A stretch of 64,000 bases of DNA from Myxococcota bacterium (GCA_044344255.1 JBIJDH010000023.1:64001-128000); one strand, 5' to 3'. Positions 29,258 through 37,934 are shown, counted from the stretch's first letter. Numbers and translations are program-made. The notes: a model not told the origin generated them from the letters alone.

Positions 29258-31039
29258 TCAGCCAGACAGGCCGACGAGCCCGACCTCGGCGCGCGGGCGC
29301 ATGGGGTAGTGCTCCCCGCCCTCCGCGCCGGCGTAGCGCGGCTTGGATTGTACGAGCCGCTCCAGATCGTAGGCGAAGGCGGGGCGAAGGGGGGCAGGGG
29401 CCTGGCTGCGACCCCAGGCGTGCATGCGGCGCTGCGCGGCGAGCGATCCGTCGTGGTACTGGCGCAGCACGTCGGGCAGGTTCAGCGGCGCGGGCGAGAC
29501 CGGGGAGGCCGCGAAGGTGTCCGAGATGGCGCCCACGGCGGCCAGGGCCTCCATCTGGCCCGCCTCGACGCGGTCGGCGATGCCGGTGAGCTGGTCGAAG
29601 AGGGGGTCGAACTCGGGGAGGTCGGGGGCGAAGGAGCCGGGGACCGCGCAGGTGTCGAGCGCGGCGAGGTGGGTCTTGTCTCCGGTCTCGAGGTAGCGGA
29701 ACAGCGCCCCCGAGATGCGGCTGCCCGAGAGGTGCCAGGAGAGGAACCAGACCTTCGACCAGGCCCGCCAGAGGTCGAAGTGGCGGAAGGAGACGTAGGA
29801 GCCGTGGATGAGCCGGTCGTTGTAGTCGAGGATCCCCTGGTTGAGGCGGTCGATGTGGGCGAAACGAGCGGCGGACAGGTCATTCTCATCGAGCGCCGAG
29901 AGGAGCGTGGCCGCCACCTGGTTTACCACCTGCAGCGAGTTGGCCATCCCGCGGGAGAAGAGGGCGTCGATCGCGCCAGCGGCGTGGCTCATCAGGCACC
30001 AGCGGTCACCCACGGTGCGCTTCGAGGAGAACTGGGTGCGGGGGGTCGAGACCCAGTTCCAGACAGGCCGGGCGTCGGCGAACTGGCGCTGGACCGCCGG
30101 AAAGCGGGTGAGGAAGGCGTCCCACTCCTGCTGCGGGGTGATGTCTGTCGGCCGGGGGGAGCGCCGGCTGTCGAAGCTGAGCCCGACGCTGCAGAGGGGG
30201 TTGGTGCTCTTGTCGTGGTTGTCGAAGGGGATCACCCACATCCAGCCGCCGTCGAAGATGTGGTGGAGCGTGCCCTGGTGCCAGGCCGTGGGCTGGCCGC
30301 CGTGGTCCACACACTCGTCGAAGGGGCGCACGCCGACCATGTGGGTGAAGAGCGTGCGGGAGTGGGTCTTGAAGCGGGCGGGCTGCTCGCGGAGATCGAA
30401 CTGCTGCGCGAGCACTGAGTTTTGTCCGCTGGCGTCGCAGAGGTAGCGGGCGCGGACGGTCTCTCCGCTGGCCGTCGAGAGGGTGACCCCGTCGGCCCCG
30501 ATCTCCACGCCGCTCACGCTCGTGCGTTGCATCGCCTTCGCGCCGTATCGGATAGCGGCGTAGAAGAGGTGGGCGTCGATGTCCTGGCGGTGCAGGTGCA
30601 TCTCGGGACCGAAGGGGAAGGCGGAGACGTTACACTGTGTGTTCTGCTCCGGCCGGTGCTCCACCCCCTCGCGGTGATAGGCGAAGCCGAAGTTTTTCTT
30701 TACGCCGCAGTTCCCGCTCACGTTGGCGCGGAGCTCGTCGATGGAGCTGCACTGCCAGATCTCCGGCACGTCGTATCGACAGGCCATGAGGCGCATGAGG
30801 TAGCTCGTCTCCCCGATGGTCGACTCTCCGAGCGCGAAGCGGGGGTGCATGCCGTTGTCGATGAGGACGACGGAGAGCCCCTTGCGGGCGAGGATGCAGG
30901 CCAACATCGACCCTGCGATGCCGCTGCCGAGGATCGCGACGTCGGCCTGGGGCCCGCGGGAGGTGGAGGGGGTGAGCGTGGGAGAGGGCGCGGTCTCGGC
31001 GGACATTCGGTGCTCCGGAACGGGGGTGCGCCGTGTCAT
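29258..31039 (-). CDS. Flavin-dependent halogenase, PrnC-like
   Basis: ILGSGIAG FAD motif, HPRFALGEST, GGWMWVIPF (WxWxIP), IDALFSRG. Start at 31039 or 31006. Confidence 0.82.
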   Translation of the reverse strand: MTRRTPVPEHRMSAETAPSPTLTPSTSRGPQADVAILGSGIAGSMLACILARKGLSVVLIDNGMHPRFALGESTIGETSYLMRLMACRYDVPEIWQCSSIDELRANVSGNCGVKKNFGFAYHREGVEHRPEQNTQCNVSAFPFGPEMHLHRQDIDAHLFYAAIRYGAKAMQRTSVSGVEIGADGVTLSTASGETVRARYLCDASGQNSVLAQQFDLREQPARFKTHSRTLFTHMVGVRPFDECVDHGGQPTAWHQGTLHHIFDGGWMWVIPFDNHDKSTNPLCSVGLSFDSRRSPRPTDITPQQEWDAFLTRFPAVQRQFADARPVWNWVSTPRTQFSSKRTVGDRWCLMSHAAGAIDALFSRGMANSLQVVNQVAATLLSALDENDLSAARFAHIDRLNQGILDYNDRLIHGSYVSFRHFDLWRAWSKVWFLSWHLSGSRISGALFRYLETGDKTHLAALDTCAVPGSFAPDLPEFDPLFDQLTGIADRVEAGQMEALAAVGAISDTFAASPVSPAPLNLPDVLRQYHDGSLAAQRRMHAWGRSQAPAPLRPAFAYDLERLVQSKPRYAGAEGGEHYPMRPRAEVGLVGLSG

Positions 31040-31217
31040 TCCAAGAACTGTGCCAGCGCCTCCGTCGCCCCCGCCTCGTCGGCCCTGCCTCCGCTCGGCC
31101 CCGAGCGGTGGTGGGGAGAGGCTGGAGCAAGCAGGGGATCTGCGCAGGGTGGGGCCGTGCGCGCGACCGGATCCCCCCGTGCGGGCGGATGAGCGGGCCC
31201 GTGGGGGCCCAGTGCGC

Positions 31218-31260
31218 CCGCGCATCGGCCGCGCATCGGCCGCGCATCGGCCGCGCATCG
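31218..31260. repeat. 11-bp intergenic tandem repeat, ~4 copies
   Basis: CCGCGCATCGG repeated. Confidence 0.85.
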
Positions 31261-31322
31261 AGGGCCCCGGTCGAGGCGCACCCACTCCACCCCGTGGCTG
31301 GGCAGGTGGGAGAGGTTGCGGT

Positions 31323-32207
31323 TCACTCTGCCACTTGCCAGATCTGGACCTCGCCGCGGCTCTGGGTGGGGTCGGGGTCCCACGTGCCCGCGCCCACCAC
31401 GACGCGTCGGCCGTCGGGGCTGAAGGCCGCTGCGGTGATCGCTTGTCCCGCATAAAAGCCAGAGATCTCCGACCCGAAGGTGGCCGACTGCGAATCGGCG
31501 TTCCACAGGCGGACGCTCCCGTCATCCGCTGCCGTGAGCATCCACCGGCCGTCGGGCGAGAACGATGCGGCTCGCACCCAGCCAGTGTGTCCTGTCAGCG
31601 TGCAAAGCAGAGTGCCGTACCTCGGCGAGTGTGGGTCGGCATCCCAGAGGCGGGCGGTGTTGTCACCGGGCCCCGTCAGCAGCCGTCGGCCATCGGGCGA
31701 AAACGAAGCGGCAAGGACGGGCCCCCTCTCCCCGACGTCAAGGCCAGGGAGCTCCTGCCCGAACGTGGCCGACTGCGGGTCGGCATTCCAGAGGCGGGCG
31801 GTGTTGTCATTGCTGCCCGTGAGCACCCGCCAGCCATCCGGGGAGAACGATGCGACGCTCACCGATCCAGTGTGCGCCACGAGCGTGCGGAGCAGCTTTC
31901 CGTACGTTTGGGAGCTTGGGTCGGCGTCCCACAAGCGGGCGGACTGGTCGTCGCTGCCCGTCAGCACGCGCTGGCCGTCGGGCGAAAACAGAGCGGCAGA
32001 TGGATAGCTGGTTTGCCCTTCCAGCGTGCGGAGCGCGCGGGGCTGGGCGAGGAGCTTCAGGGGTGGCACATCCGCCCGGTGCGTGGGCTCGACTTCGGCC
32101 CCAGCGATGGGCAACTCGGTCACCGGGGCTTGTGGTTCGCGGGTGCACTGAGGAAGCACGGCAACCAGGAGGACGCCGATCAGGAGCAATGCCAATCGTC
32201 TCAACAT
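31323..32207 (-). CDS. Secreted WD40-repeat protein (~5 blades)
   Basis: Signal peptide; FSPDGxRVLTGSxDxTARLW repeats. Confidence 0.85.
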   Translation of the reverse strand: MLRRLALLLIGVLLVAVLPQCTREPQAPVTELPIAGAEVEPTHRADVPPLKLLAQPRALRTLEGQTSYPSAALFSPDGQRVLTGSDDQSARLWDADPSSQTYGKLLRTLVAHTGSVSVASFSPDGWRVLTGSNDNTARLWNADPQSATFGQELPGLDVGERGPVLAASFSPDGRRLLTGPGDNTARLWDADPHSPRYGTLLCTLTGHTGWVRAASFSPDGRWMLTAADDGSVRLWNADSQSATFGSEISGFYAGQAITAAAFSPDGRRVVVGAGTWDPDPTQSRGEVQIWQVAE

Positions 32208-32242
32208 GGTCTCAATGCGGTCTTCGAAGCCAGCTCACCCGC

Positions 32243-33715
32243 TCAGGGCTGGCGGTCAAACACGAAGGTGACGTAGTAATTCTCGTCCGGGTCGAGCCCG
32301 GACGGGAAGGTCGCGGCGGCCATGGCGTCGTTCACGCACTTCACGATCACCTCGTCGTCGAGCACCTCCTCTGCCAGGCAGGACTCGACGAGCTTCCCAT
32401 CGTGGTCGATGGAGAAGTGGAGGCCGACCTCGCCGGAGAGCGCGGGCCGCTCGGTGAGGCGGCCAGCGTAACAGTGCGCCACCGCGGGCAATTGGCGCCG
32501 CAGCTCGGCCGAGAGCTGCTCCGGGTCGGCCTGTTGGCCCTCCAGGCTGGTGGTCAGGGCGAAGGGAGGGCGGAGCTCGTTCCTGGGCCCGACACGGACG
32601 TCCACGCCCTCTCCGGCGAGGCTCACGCGGCCGCGGGGGGCGGCGGAGTCACCGGGGCCGGAGTCGGCGGCGCTGACGCAGGCGATGGCCGTGGTGAGGC
32701 TGAGGGCGACGCAGGCGGCGAAGCTACGGGAGCGCGCGCTCCAGGGCTCGCGGGGGAGGCCGACCGCGAGCACGCGGAGGATGCGGGCCTCGGTCGAGCC
32801 CGGCTCGACCATACAGACCGCGCCGGCCCGGACGAGGGGGTGGCCGGTCAGGCTGCGGGCGACAGCCAGCAGCTCGGCGGCGTATCGAGACGCGGGGACG
32901 CCGACCTGGAGCACGAGGTCGTCGGCTGCGTGCTCGCGCTCGACGCGCAGCGCGGCCGCCGCCCGCCAGGCCAGCGGGTTCCACCAATAGAGGGCGGTGA
33001 GGAGCTGTGCCGCGAGCTGGATCCGGTTGTCGTGCCGGGCGACATGGCCGAGCTCGTGGAGGAGGACCGTCCGGAGGCGCTCGGGATCCCAGGCGTCTGC
33101 CGCGGCGGGGAGCAGGACGACGGGGCGAAGGAGCCCGAGGGTGAGCGGCACGCCGGCCTCGGCGCTGCGCAGCACGGGGACCGAGCCGCGGAGGCCGAGG
33201 ATCTCAGCGGCCGCGAGGGCGGCGTCTGTCCAAGCGGTGGGCACCCGTGGATCGGCGCCCTCACGGAGCCGGCGCGCGGCGCGGTGGCCCCGGATGACCC
33301 GGGCCGAGACGAGCACGGTCCCGGCTGCCCACGGGAGCGCCAGCCAGGAGAGCCACGGGAGGCCGGGCGGGAGGGCCGGCGACCGGACCGGAGAGGCCGA
33401 CGCTGCGGTCCAGCCGCTGGCCGAGGTCAGCGACGCCGATGGGGGTGGCGACGCGGAGGTCTTTGCCCAGTCGGCCGCGCCGGTCACCGCGGGGATCGGC
33501 AGCGTCGGGAGCCCGAGGGACAGCACGGGCACGAGGAGGGCAGAGGCCACGCCGAGGGCCCAGACCCGGTGGCGGGCCCCCGCTGAGCCTCTCCGCAGGA
33601 GCGCAGCGGCGCAGGCCGCCGTCGCGAGGACGAAGGTCGCCTTGAGGGCGACAGAGCAGAGGGTGATCATCGCAGGCTCCGAGGGGAGGAGGTGGTTGAG
33701 CGAGGCGTCCATCAT
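32243..33715 (-). CDS. M56 (BlaR1-like) metallopeptidase with AgmX/PglI-like C-terminal domain
   Basis: TM segments, PLTLGLLRPVVLLP, HELGHVARHD, WWNPLAW, EREHAADD; C-terminal CY..RL..RPALSGEV.L.F.I...G...CV. Confidence 0.88.
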   Translation of the reverse strand: MMDASLNHLLPSEPAMITLCSVALKATFVLATAACAAALLRRGSAGARHRVWALGVASALLVPVLSLGLPTLPIPAVTGAADWAKTSASPPPSASLTSASGWTAASASPVRSPALPPGLPWLSWLALPWAAGTVLVSARVIRGHRAARRLREGADPRVPTAWTDAALAAAEILGLRGSVPVLRSAEAGVPLTLGLLRPVVLLPAAADAWDPERLRTVLLHELGHVARHDNRIQLAAQLLTALYWWNPLAWRAAAALRVEREHAADDLVLQVGVPASRYAAELLAVARSLTGHPLVRAGAVCMVEPGSTEARILRVLAVGLPREPWSARSRSFAACVALSLTTAIACVSAADSGPGDSAAPRGRVSLAGEGVDVRVGPRNELRPPFALTTSLEGQQADPEQLSAELRRQLPAVAHCYAGRLTERPALSGEVGLHFSIDHDGKLVESCLAEEVLDDEVIVKCVNDAMAAATFPSGLDPDENYYVTFVFDRQP

Positions 33716-34092
33716 CGGCCTTCCTTCCGGGCCTGCTCGATGAGCCCGGCGATCCGCTCGAGCTCCGCGGCGTCGAGGCGGTCGCGAGAGACATCGAGCA
33801 GGGCCGCGACGGCATCTTCTGTCGAGCCGCCGAAGAAGGTGTCGAGCATGGAGGTGAGCGCAGAGCGGCTGGCCTTCACCCGAGAGACCACCGGGGAGAA
33901 GACGAAGCGCGGGCCGCGCTCCTCGTGGCGGACATGGCCCTTCTCCTCGAGGATGCGCAGCAGGGCGCGCACGGCGGAGTTGGAGGGAGGGTCAGCCAGC
34001 CGCTCGCGCACCTCGGCGGCCGTGAGCCCCTCGGCTCCATACAGGATGTCCAGGATCTCTCTCTCACGGCGGCTGAGGGGCGGTGTGCTCAT
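33712..34092 (-). CDS. BlaI/MecI/CopY-family repressor
   Basis: LSRREREILDILY, SAVRALLRILEEKGHV, TFFGGS; ATGA overlap with the M56 gene. Confidence 0.93.
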   Translation of the reverse strand: MSTPPLSRREREILDILYGAEGLTAAEVRERLADPPSNSAVRALLRILEEKGHVRHEERGPRFVFSPVVSRVKASRSALTSMLDTFFGGSTEDAVAALLDVSRDRLDAAELERIAGLIEQARKEGR

Positions 34093-34126
34093 GCTGGTTT
34101 TCTAGCATGGTGCTAAAAATTTAGCA
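34092..34126. promoter_or_regulatory. Two tandem 16-bp TGCT-N8-AGCA palindromes, putative BlaI-family operators
   Basis: TGCTGGTTTTCTAGCA (34092-34107) and TGCTAAAAATTTAGCA (34111-34126) in an AT-rich patch at the repressor start. Confidence 0.7.
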
Positions 34127-34146
34127 AGCACTTCTCCTCCGGGACC

Positions 34147-34848
34147 TCATCCCCCCTCCGCCGCGGCCTCCGGGGGCCCGCCGGGCGTGCCATCGGCGCG
34201 CGGGGTGTAGACGGTGCCCATCCAGGGCTCGCTCGGGAGGCCCAGCGCGTCGAGCACCTGGACGCCCACGTCGTAGGCGGTGTCATAGGGGAGGGGGAAG
34301 GAGCCGCTCATCCCCACCCAGGCGAGGCCGTCGGCGGTGGTGGTCTTCGTGCAGCGCTCGCCGTCGAAGAGGACGTCGACGTCCGTGAGGAGGTCGGGGT
34401 CGATGAGGCCGTCGTCGGCCGGCTCCATCCAGAAGCGCAGGGTGCGGGTGTGGAGGTCGCCGTCGGGGTCGGAGGCCAGGATGGGGAGCGTGAAGGTCAG
34501 CACCTCGACGATGGGCTCCAGGGTGCCGTCTTCGCCGATCTCGCCCCCGCTGAGGATGTAGTCGGTGTCGGGTACGACGGGGGCGAGGGTGGGGCGCGTG
34601 CCCGAGCAGGGCGGGGCGTCAGTGTCGCCGCTGTCGTCGCCGCTGCCTTCGCCGCTGTCTTCGTCCCCGCCGCCTTCGCCGCCGCCCTCTCCCGCGCCGT
34701 CGCCCGCCTCCGAGAGGGCGCTGTCGATGGGCGCGTCCGGCTCGCCGTCTCGTTTGGCGGGGCGGCAGGCCAGCGCGCAGAGGAGCGCTCCGAGCCAGAG
34801 GCCGCTCGCCTCGCCGCGTGGACGCGCCTTCGCCGGCCTCCCGCTCAT
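34147..34848 (-). CDS. Hypothetical lipoprotein with acidic linker and Ig-like beta-rich domain
   Basis: ALAC lipobox, DSG/EG-rich linker, ASDPDGDL; GGAGG RBS. Confidence 0.7.
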   Translation of the reverse strand: MSGRPAKARPRGEASGLWLGALLCALACRPAKRDGEPDAPIDSALSEAGDGAGEGGGEGGGDEDSGEGSGDDSGDTDAPPCSGTRPTLAPVVPDTDYILSGGEIGEDGTLEPIVEVLTFTLPILASDPDGDLHTRTLRFWMEPADDGLIDPDLLTDVDVLFDGERCTKTTTADGLAWVGMSGSFPLPYDTAYDVGVQVLDALGLPSEPWMGTVYTPRADGTPGGPPEAAAEGG

Positions 34849-34901
34849 CGTGTCGCCTCCGGTCCACTCATCGGAGTGTCACCTTCGAGGCGGGGGTTAA
34901 C

Positions 34902-34938
34902 GCGACCGGCGCTCCAGAGTTCTGGAGCGCCGCGTCGC
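34902..34938. terminator. Strong GC hairpin just downstream of the small-peptide ORF
   Basis: GCGAC-CGGCGCTCCAGA-GT-TCTGGAGCGCCG-C-GTCGC inverted repeat; U-tract is weak. Confidence 0.6.
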
Positions 34939-34950
34939 CCGAGACGGGGC

Positions 34951-35088
34951 CTACTTTCGGCTGTCTTCCTTCCCGCTCTTGACGTCGGACTCCCCGCGAC
35001 CGGCGATGATGCCCGTGCGGACGACGAGCTCGACCTTGGCGGCGCCGCGGGCGAAGAAGGGGCGGACGGTCGGGGTGGTGCTGGACAT
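34951..35088 (-). CDS. 45-aa peptide MSSTTPTVRPFFARGAAKVELVVRTGIIAGRGESDVKSGKEDSRK, RiPP-precursor-like
   Basis: GGAG RBS 6 nt before ATG 35088; upstream sigma54 promoter; downstream hairpin; PFFAR motif. Confidence 0.68.
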   Translation of the reverse strand: MSSTTPTVRPFFARGAAKVELVVRTGIIAGRGESDVKSGKEDSRK

Positions 35089-35159
35089 GGGCATCTCCGG
35101 AGCGTGGGTGGGGGGCGGCTGCAGGGTCAGCGCAGGGTCGCTGTCCTGCAGGAGTCTTT

Positions 35160-35175
35160 TGCAAGGGGCGTGCCA
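35160..35175 (-). promoter_or_regulatory. Sigma54 -24/-12 promoter
   Basis: Minus strand reads TGGCACGCCCCTTGCA, matching TGGCACG-N4-TTGCW. Confidence 0.8.
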
Positions 35176-35439
35176 GGTCGGTCGGAGGGCGCAGGCGCGG
35201 GGAGGCGCTCGGTGGTCGCGTGCTTTCGGGGCGCAGGTCTCCTGCCGCGGGGGCGGCCCGGCGCGGCGCGCGCACGCCGGCGCGAACGGGGGGTGAACGG
35301 CCCGGCGCGGTTCAGGCGCACGTCGCGACGCCCCTCGTCCGGTTTGGGCAACAAAAAGCACGGGTGACGGTGACGGGACGGCGCGGCCTCTGGGGGCCGA
35401 CACCCGTGTCAGGGCACAGGCGGCGGGTTAGGTCGCCCC

Positions 35440-36972
35440 ATGAGCCTGCTGACCGAGATTCGCCGCTGCCTGGCTGACACGCCCCACTTCGGCTCGCTCG
35501 GGGTGGAGTCGGCGCACTGGCGGCGAGTCGCCTTGGAGGCGCTGCAGCGTCGGGCGGCCGGTGGGGTCCCTCCCGCTTCGGAGGAGGTTGCCCGCTGGCT
35601 CAGCACGGTCGAACCGGCCTGGACCTTCGCGGCCCTCGCAGCGGCGGACTTGCGGGAGCTGCTCGACGCGCCGACCCTGGTAAAGTCTATTGAAGAGGCG
35701 ATTCGTATTGCCCTGCGCCTTGATCCAGTCGGGCTCGATCCAGTCCTCGATCCGCTTCTTCGAGGTCACCTCTCTGGCTGGCAGCAGGCCCACCTCCGTC
35801 AACATACGTCCGAAGGCGCGGTAGGGGTGTGGGTGGCGCGGGACACGCCCCAGTACCTGCGGGAGGTGGGACTGGTCGTTGATTCGCCGGCCCAAATCAC
35901 CGCAGCGGGGGCGCACCTCCTCCGCCTTCGAGACTCAGACGCGGTGGCCTTTCTCCTCGCGTTGGAGCTCGTACAGGCGGAAGACTCCGAGGACCCCTGG
36001 CGAATGCATGTGCGGGATGCCCTCGATCTCTGTCAGCACCCTGTCCAGCGCTGGAGGATGGATGGCCCGGACGATCTTCCCTCGATGCCGCTGGCGGTGC
36101 TCTATCGACTGAAGGCGCTGGAACTGGGATACACAGGGTTGGATTTTTCCGACGAAGAATACGGCTGGGCCGAGGGCATCGTGCTGACCGATCGTGGTCG
36201 CCGCATCCTCTCCACCTTGGTGGGCACTCCCGAGCCGGCGGTCATGAGCCTCGCCCGCGCCATGGTCGCCGATGCTTCTGCGACGAGGCCCACCCTCGCC
36301 GCCGGCTCCACCGTCGCGGTGGATGCGACCGTCCGTCACGCCGCCATGGTCGCCCACGAGCTTCACAACCTCCTCCTGCCCATGCGGAAGTCCCTCGAGC
36401 GCATTCACCTCGGCCTCGAGGGCTCACCGGAGCGTCCCGTGCTCGGACGGGACCTCGACAAGCTTGGCCAGATCGCGGACCGGCTCGAACGTTTCGCCTC
36501 CGAAAATCGAGAGCTCGCCGCGCAAGCCTCCGCCGCCCCGGGTCGATTCGACCTCGCATCCGCGCTCCGCGACGCCATTGCGCAGGAGAGCCTCGACACC
36601 CCTTTCGACGAGGCGAGCGCCGCCGGGCACCCGCTCGACGGGCCGCGCCAGCGCTTCGTCCTGTCCATCGCCAACCTGCTGCGCAACGCCGTACAGAGCC
36701 GCGCCGGGGAGCCCGTCTCCATCGCGCTCGCGGTGCAGGTTCGCGGCAGTGCCGTGGTCTTGCACATCGACGACGACGGCCCCGGCGTGCCCGAAGCGCT
36801 GCGGCGTCGCATCTTCGACAATGGGATTCACCTCCGCCCGGATGGGACGGGCCACGGTCTCTCGGTGGTGCGCCAGGTGGTGGAGCGGGAGATGAAGGGC
36901 TCCATCACCTGCCTGCCCCGGCCCGGCGGCGGCTCCCGCTTCGAGCTGCGCCTGCCCCGCGCGGAGGACTGA
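35440..36972 (+). CDS. Soluble histidine kinase with ~290-aa uncharacterised N-terminal region (putative winged helices)
   Basis: H-box VAHELHNLL (His306), N-box NLLRNA, G1 DDDGPGVP, F-box RIFD, G2 GTGHGL; no TM helix visible. Confidence 0.85.
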   Translation: MSLLTEIRRCLADTPHFGSLGVESAHWRRVALEALQRRAAGGVPPASEEVARWLSTVEPAWTFAALAAADLRELLDAPTLVKSIEEAIRIALRLDPVGLDPVLDPLLRGHLSGWQQAHLRQHTSEGAVGVWVARDTPQYLREVGLVVDSPAQITAAGAHLLRLRDSDAVAFLLALELVQAEDSEDPWRMHVRDALDLCQHPVQRWRMDGPDDLPSMPLAVLYRLKALELGYTGLDFSDEEYGWAEGIVLTDRGRRILSTLVGTPEPAVMSLARAMVADASATRPTLAAGSTVAVDATVRHAAMVAHELHNLLLPMRKSLERIHLGLEGSPERPVLGRDLDKLGQIADRLERFASENRELAAQASAAPGRFDLASALRDAIAQESLDTPFDEASAAGHPLDGPRQRFVLSIANLLRNAVQSRAGEPVSIALAVQVRGSAVVLHIDDDGPGVPEALRRRIFDNGIHLRPDGTGHGLSVVRQVVEREMKGSITCLPRPGGGSRFELRLPRAED

Positions 36973-36974
36973 CC

Positions 36975-37880
36975 ATGATCCCTCGTGTACTCGTGATCGA
37001 TGATGATGCGCTCTTCGCTGACGAGCTGCTCCTGATCCTCGCGCAGGAGGGCTACGAGGCCGAGATCGCGACCTCGACCGAGAGGGCTCGGGAACACCTT
37101 CGCGGTGCCCATTGGGATGTGGTCCTCCTGGACCAGCGTCTCCGAGGCCCCCACGGGCCCGACGACGGACTCGACCTCCTCCCCGAGGTGAGTCGCCTCT
37201 GCCCCGGCGCCCGGACCTTCATCGTGACCGGCTTCGCCCACCCGGGGCTCGTCGTGGAGGCGTTCCGCCTCGGGGCGGTGGACTACATCGAAAAGAACGA
37301 CATCCTCGAGCCCATCTTGCGGGCCCGCCTGCGAAACCTGACCGAGGGGCAGGCGGAGCGCCGACTCGGGCAGGAGGCCGATCCCCAGGCCGCCCTCCTC
37401 GCCTGCTGGGCTTCGACCCAGGGAGAGGCCGATCCGCACCGCCGCGGACGCCTGCTGGAGGAGCTGATGAAGCGTCTCTTCCAAGGGATCCCCGGCTTCG
37501 CGCGTGTGGAAGCGCGAGTTCGAAGTCGTACCGGGGAGATAGACCTCGTGTTGGAGAACCACAGCCCTGACCCCTTCTGGTTTCACTTTGGGCCCTTCCT
37601 CATCGTCGAGTGCAAGAGCTGGACAGCAAAGGTCGGCTCGCCCGAGGTCCATGCGCTACGGGGCAAGATGGTCGCCTACGGCGGTCGTGCGGGGGTCGCC
37701 CTTCTCGTGGCCCCCGGCGGCTTCACCAGCGCCGCGGAGCCCGCCACGCGGGAGGGGCGGGTCCACACGCTGATCGGGCTCATCGGGCGAGAAGAGCTCG
37801 TTGCATTGGTTGAGGCCGGGCCTGTGCGCCGGCTGGAGCTCTTGGGTGAGGCCCTTCGGCGGGCCAGCCTCGGGGCTTGA
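36975..37880 (+). CDS. Response-regulator receiver domain fused to an Mrr-type PD-(D/E)xK restriction endonuclease domain
   Basis: REC: VLVIDDD, DVVLLD, IVTG, DYIEK. Nuclease: GRLLEELMKRLF, GEIDLVL, IVECKSWTAKVGSPEV, LLVAPGGFT. Confidence 0.88.
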   Translation: MIPRVLVIDDDALFADELLLILAQEGYEAEIATSTERAREHLRGAHWDVVLLDQRLRGPHGPDDGLDLLPEVSRLCPGARTFIVTGFAHPGLVVEAFRLGAVDYIEKNDILEPILRARLRNLTEGQAERRLGQEADPQAALLACWASTQGEADPHRRGRLLEELMKRLFQGIPGFARVEARVRSRTGEIDLVLENHSPDPFWFHFGPFLIVECKSWTAKVGSPEVHALRGKMVAYGGRAGVALLVAPGGFTSAAEPATREGRVHTLIGLIGREELVALVEAGPVRRLELLGEALRRASLGA

Positions 37881-37934
37881 CCAGCACCACGCAGGTGGCG
37901 GACCTCGGTGGGCTTCCGGGCGGTGTCTGTCCGC

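Noticed and set aside
32243..34092. Beta-lactam resistance (blaI/blaR1) locus
   Set aside because: There is no penicillin-binding sensor domain and no beta-lactamase nearby.
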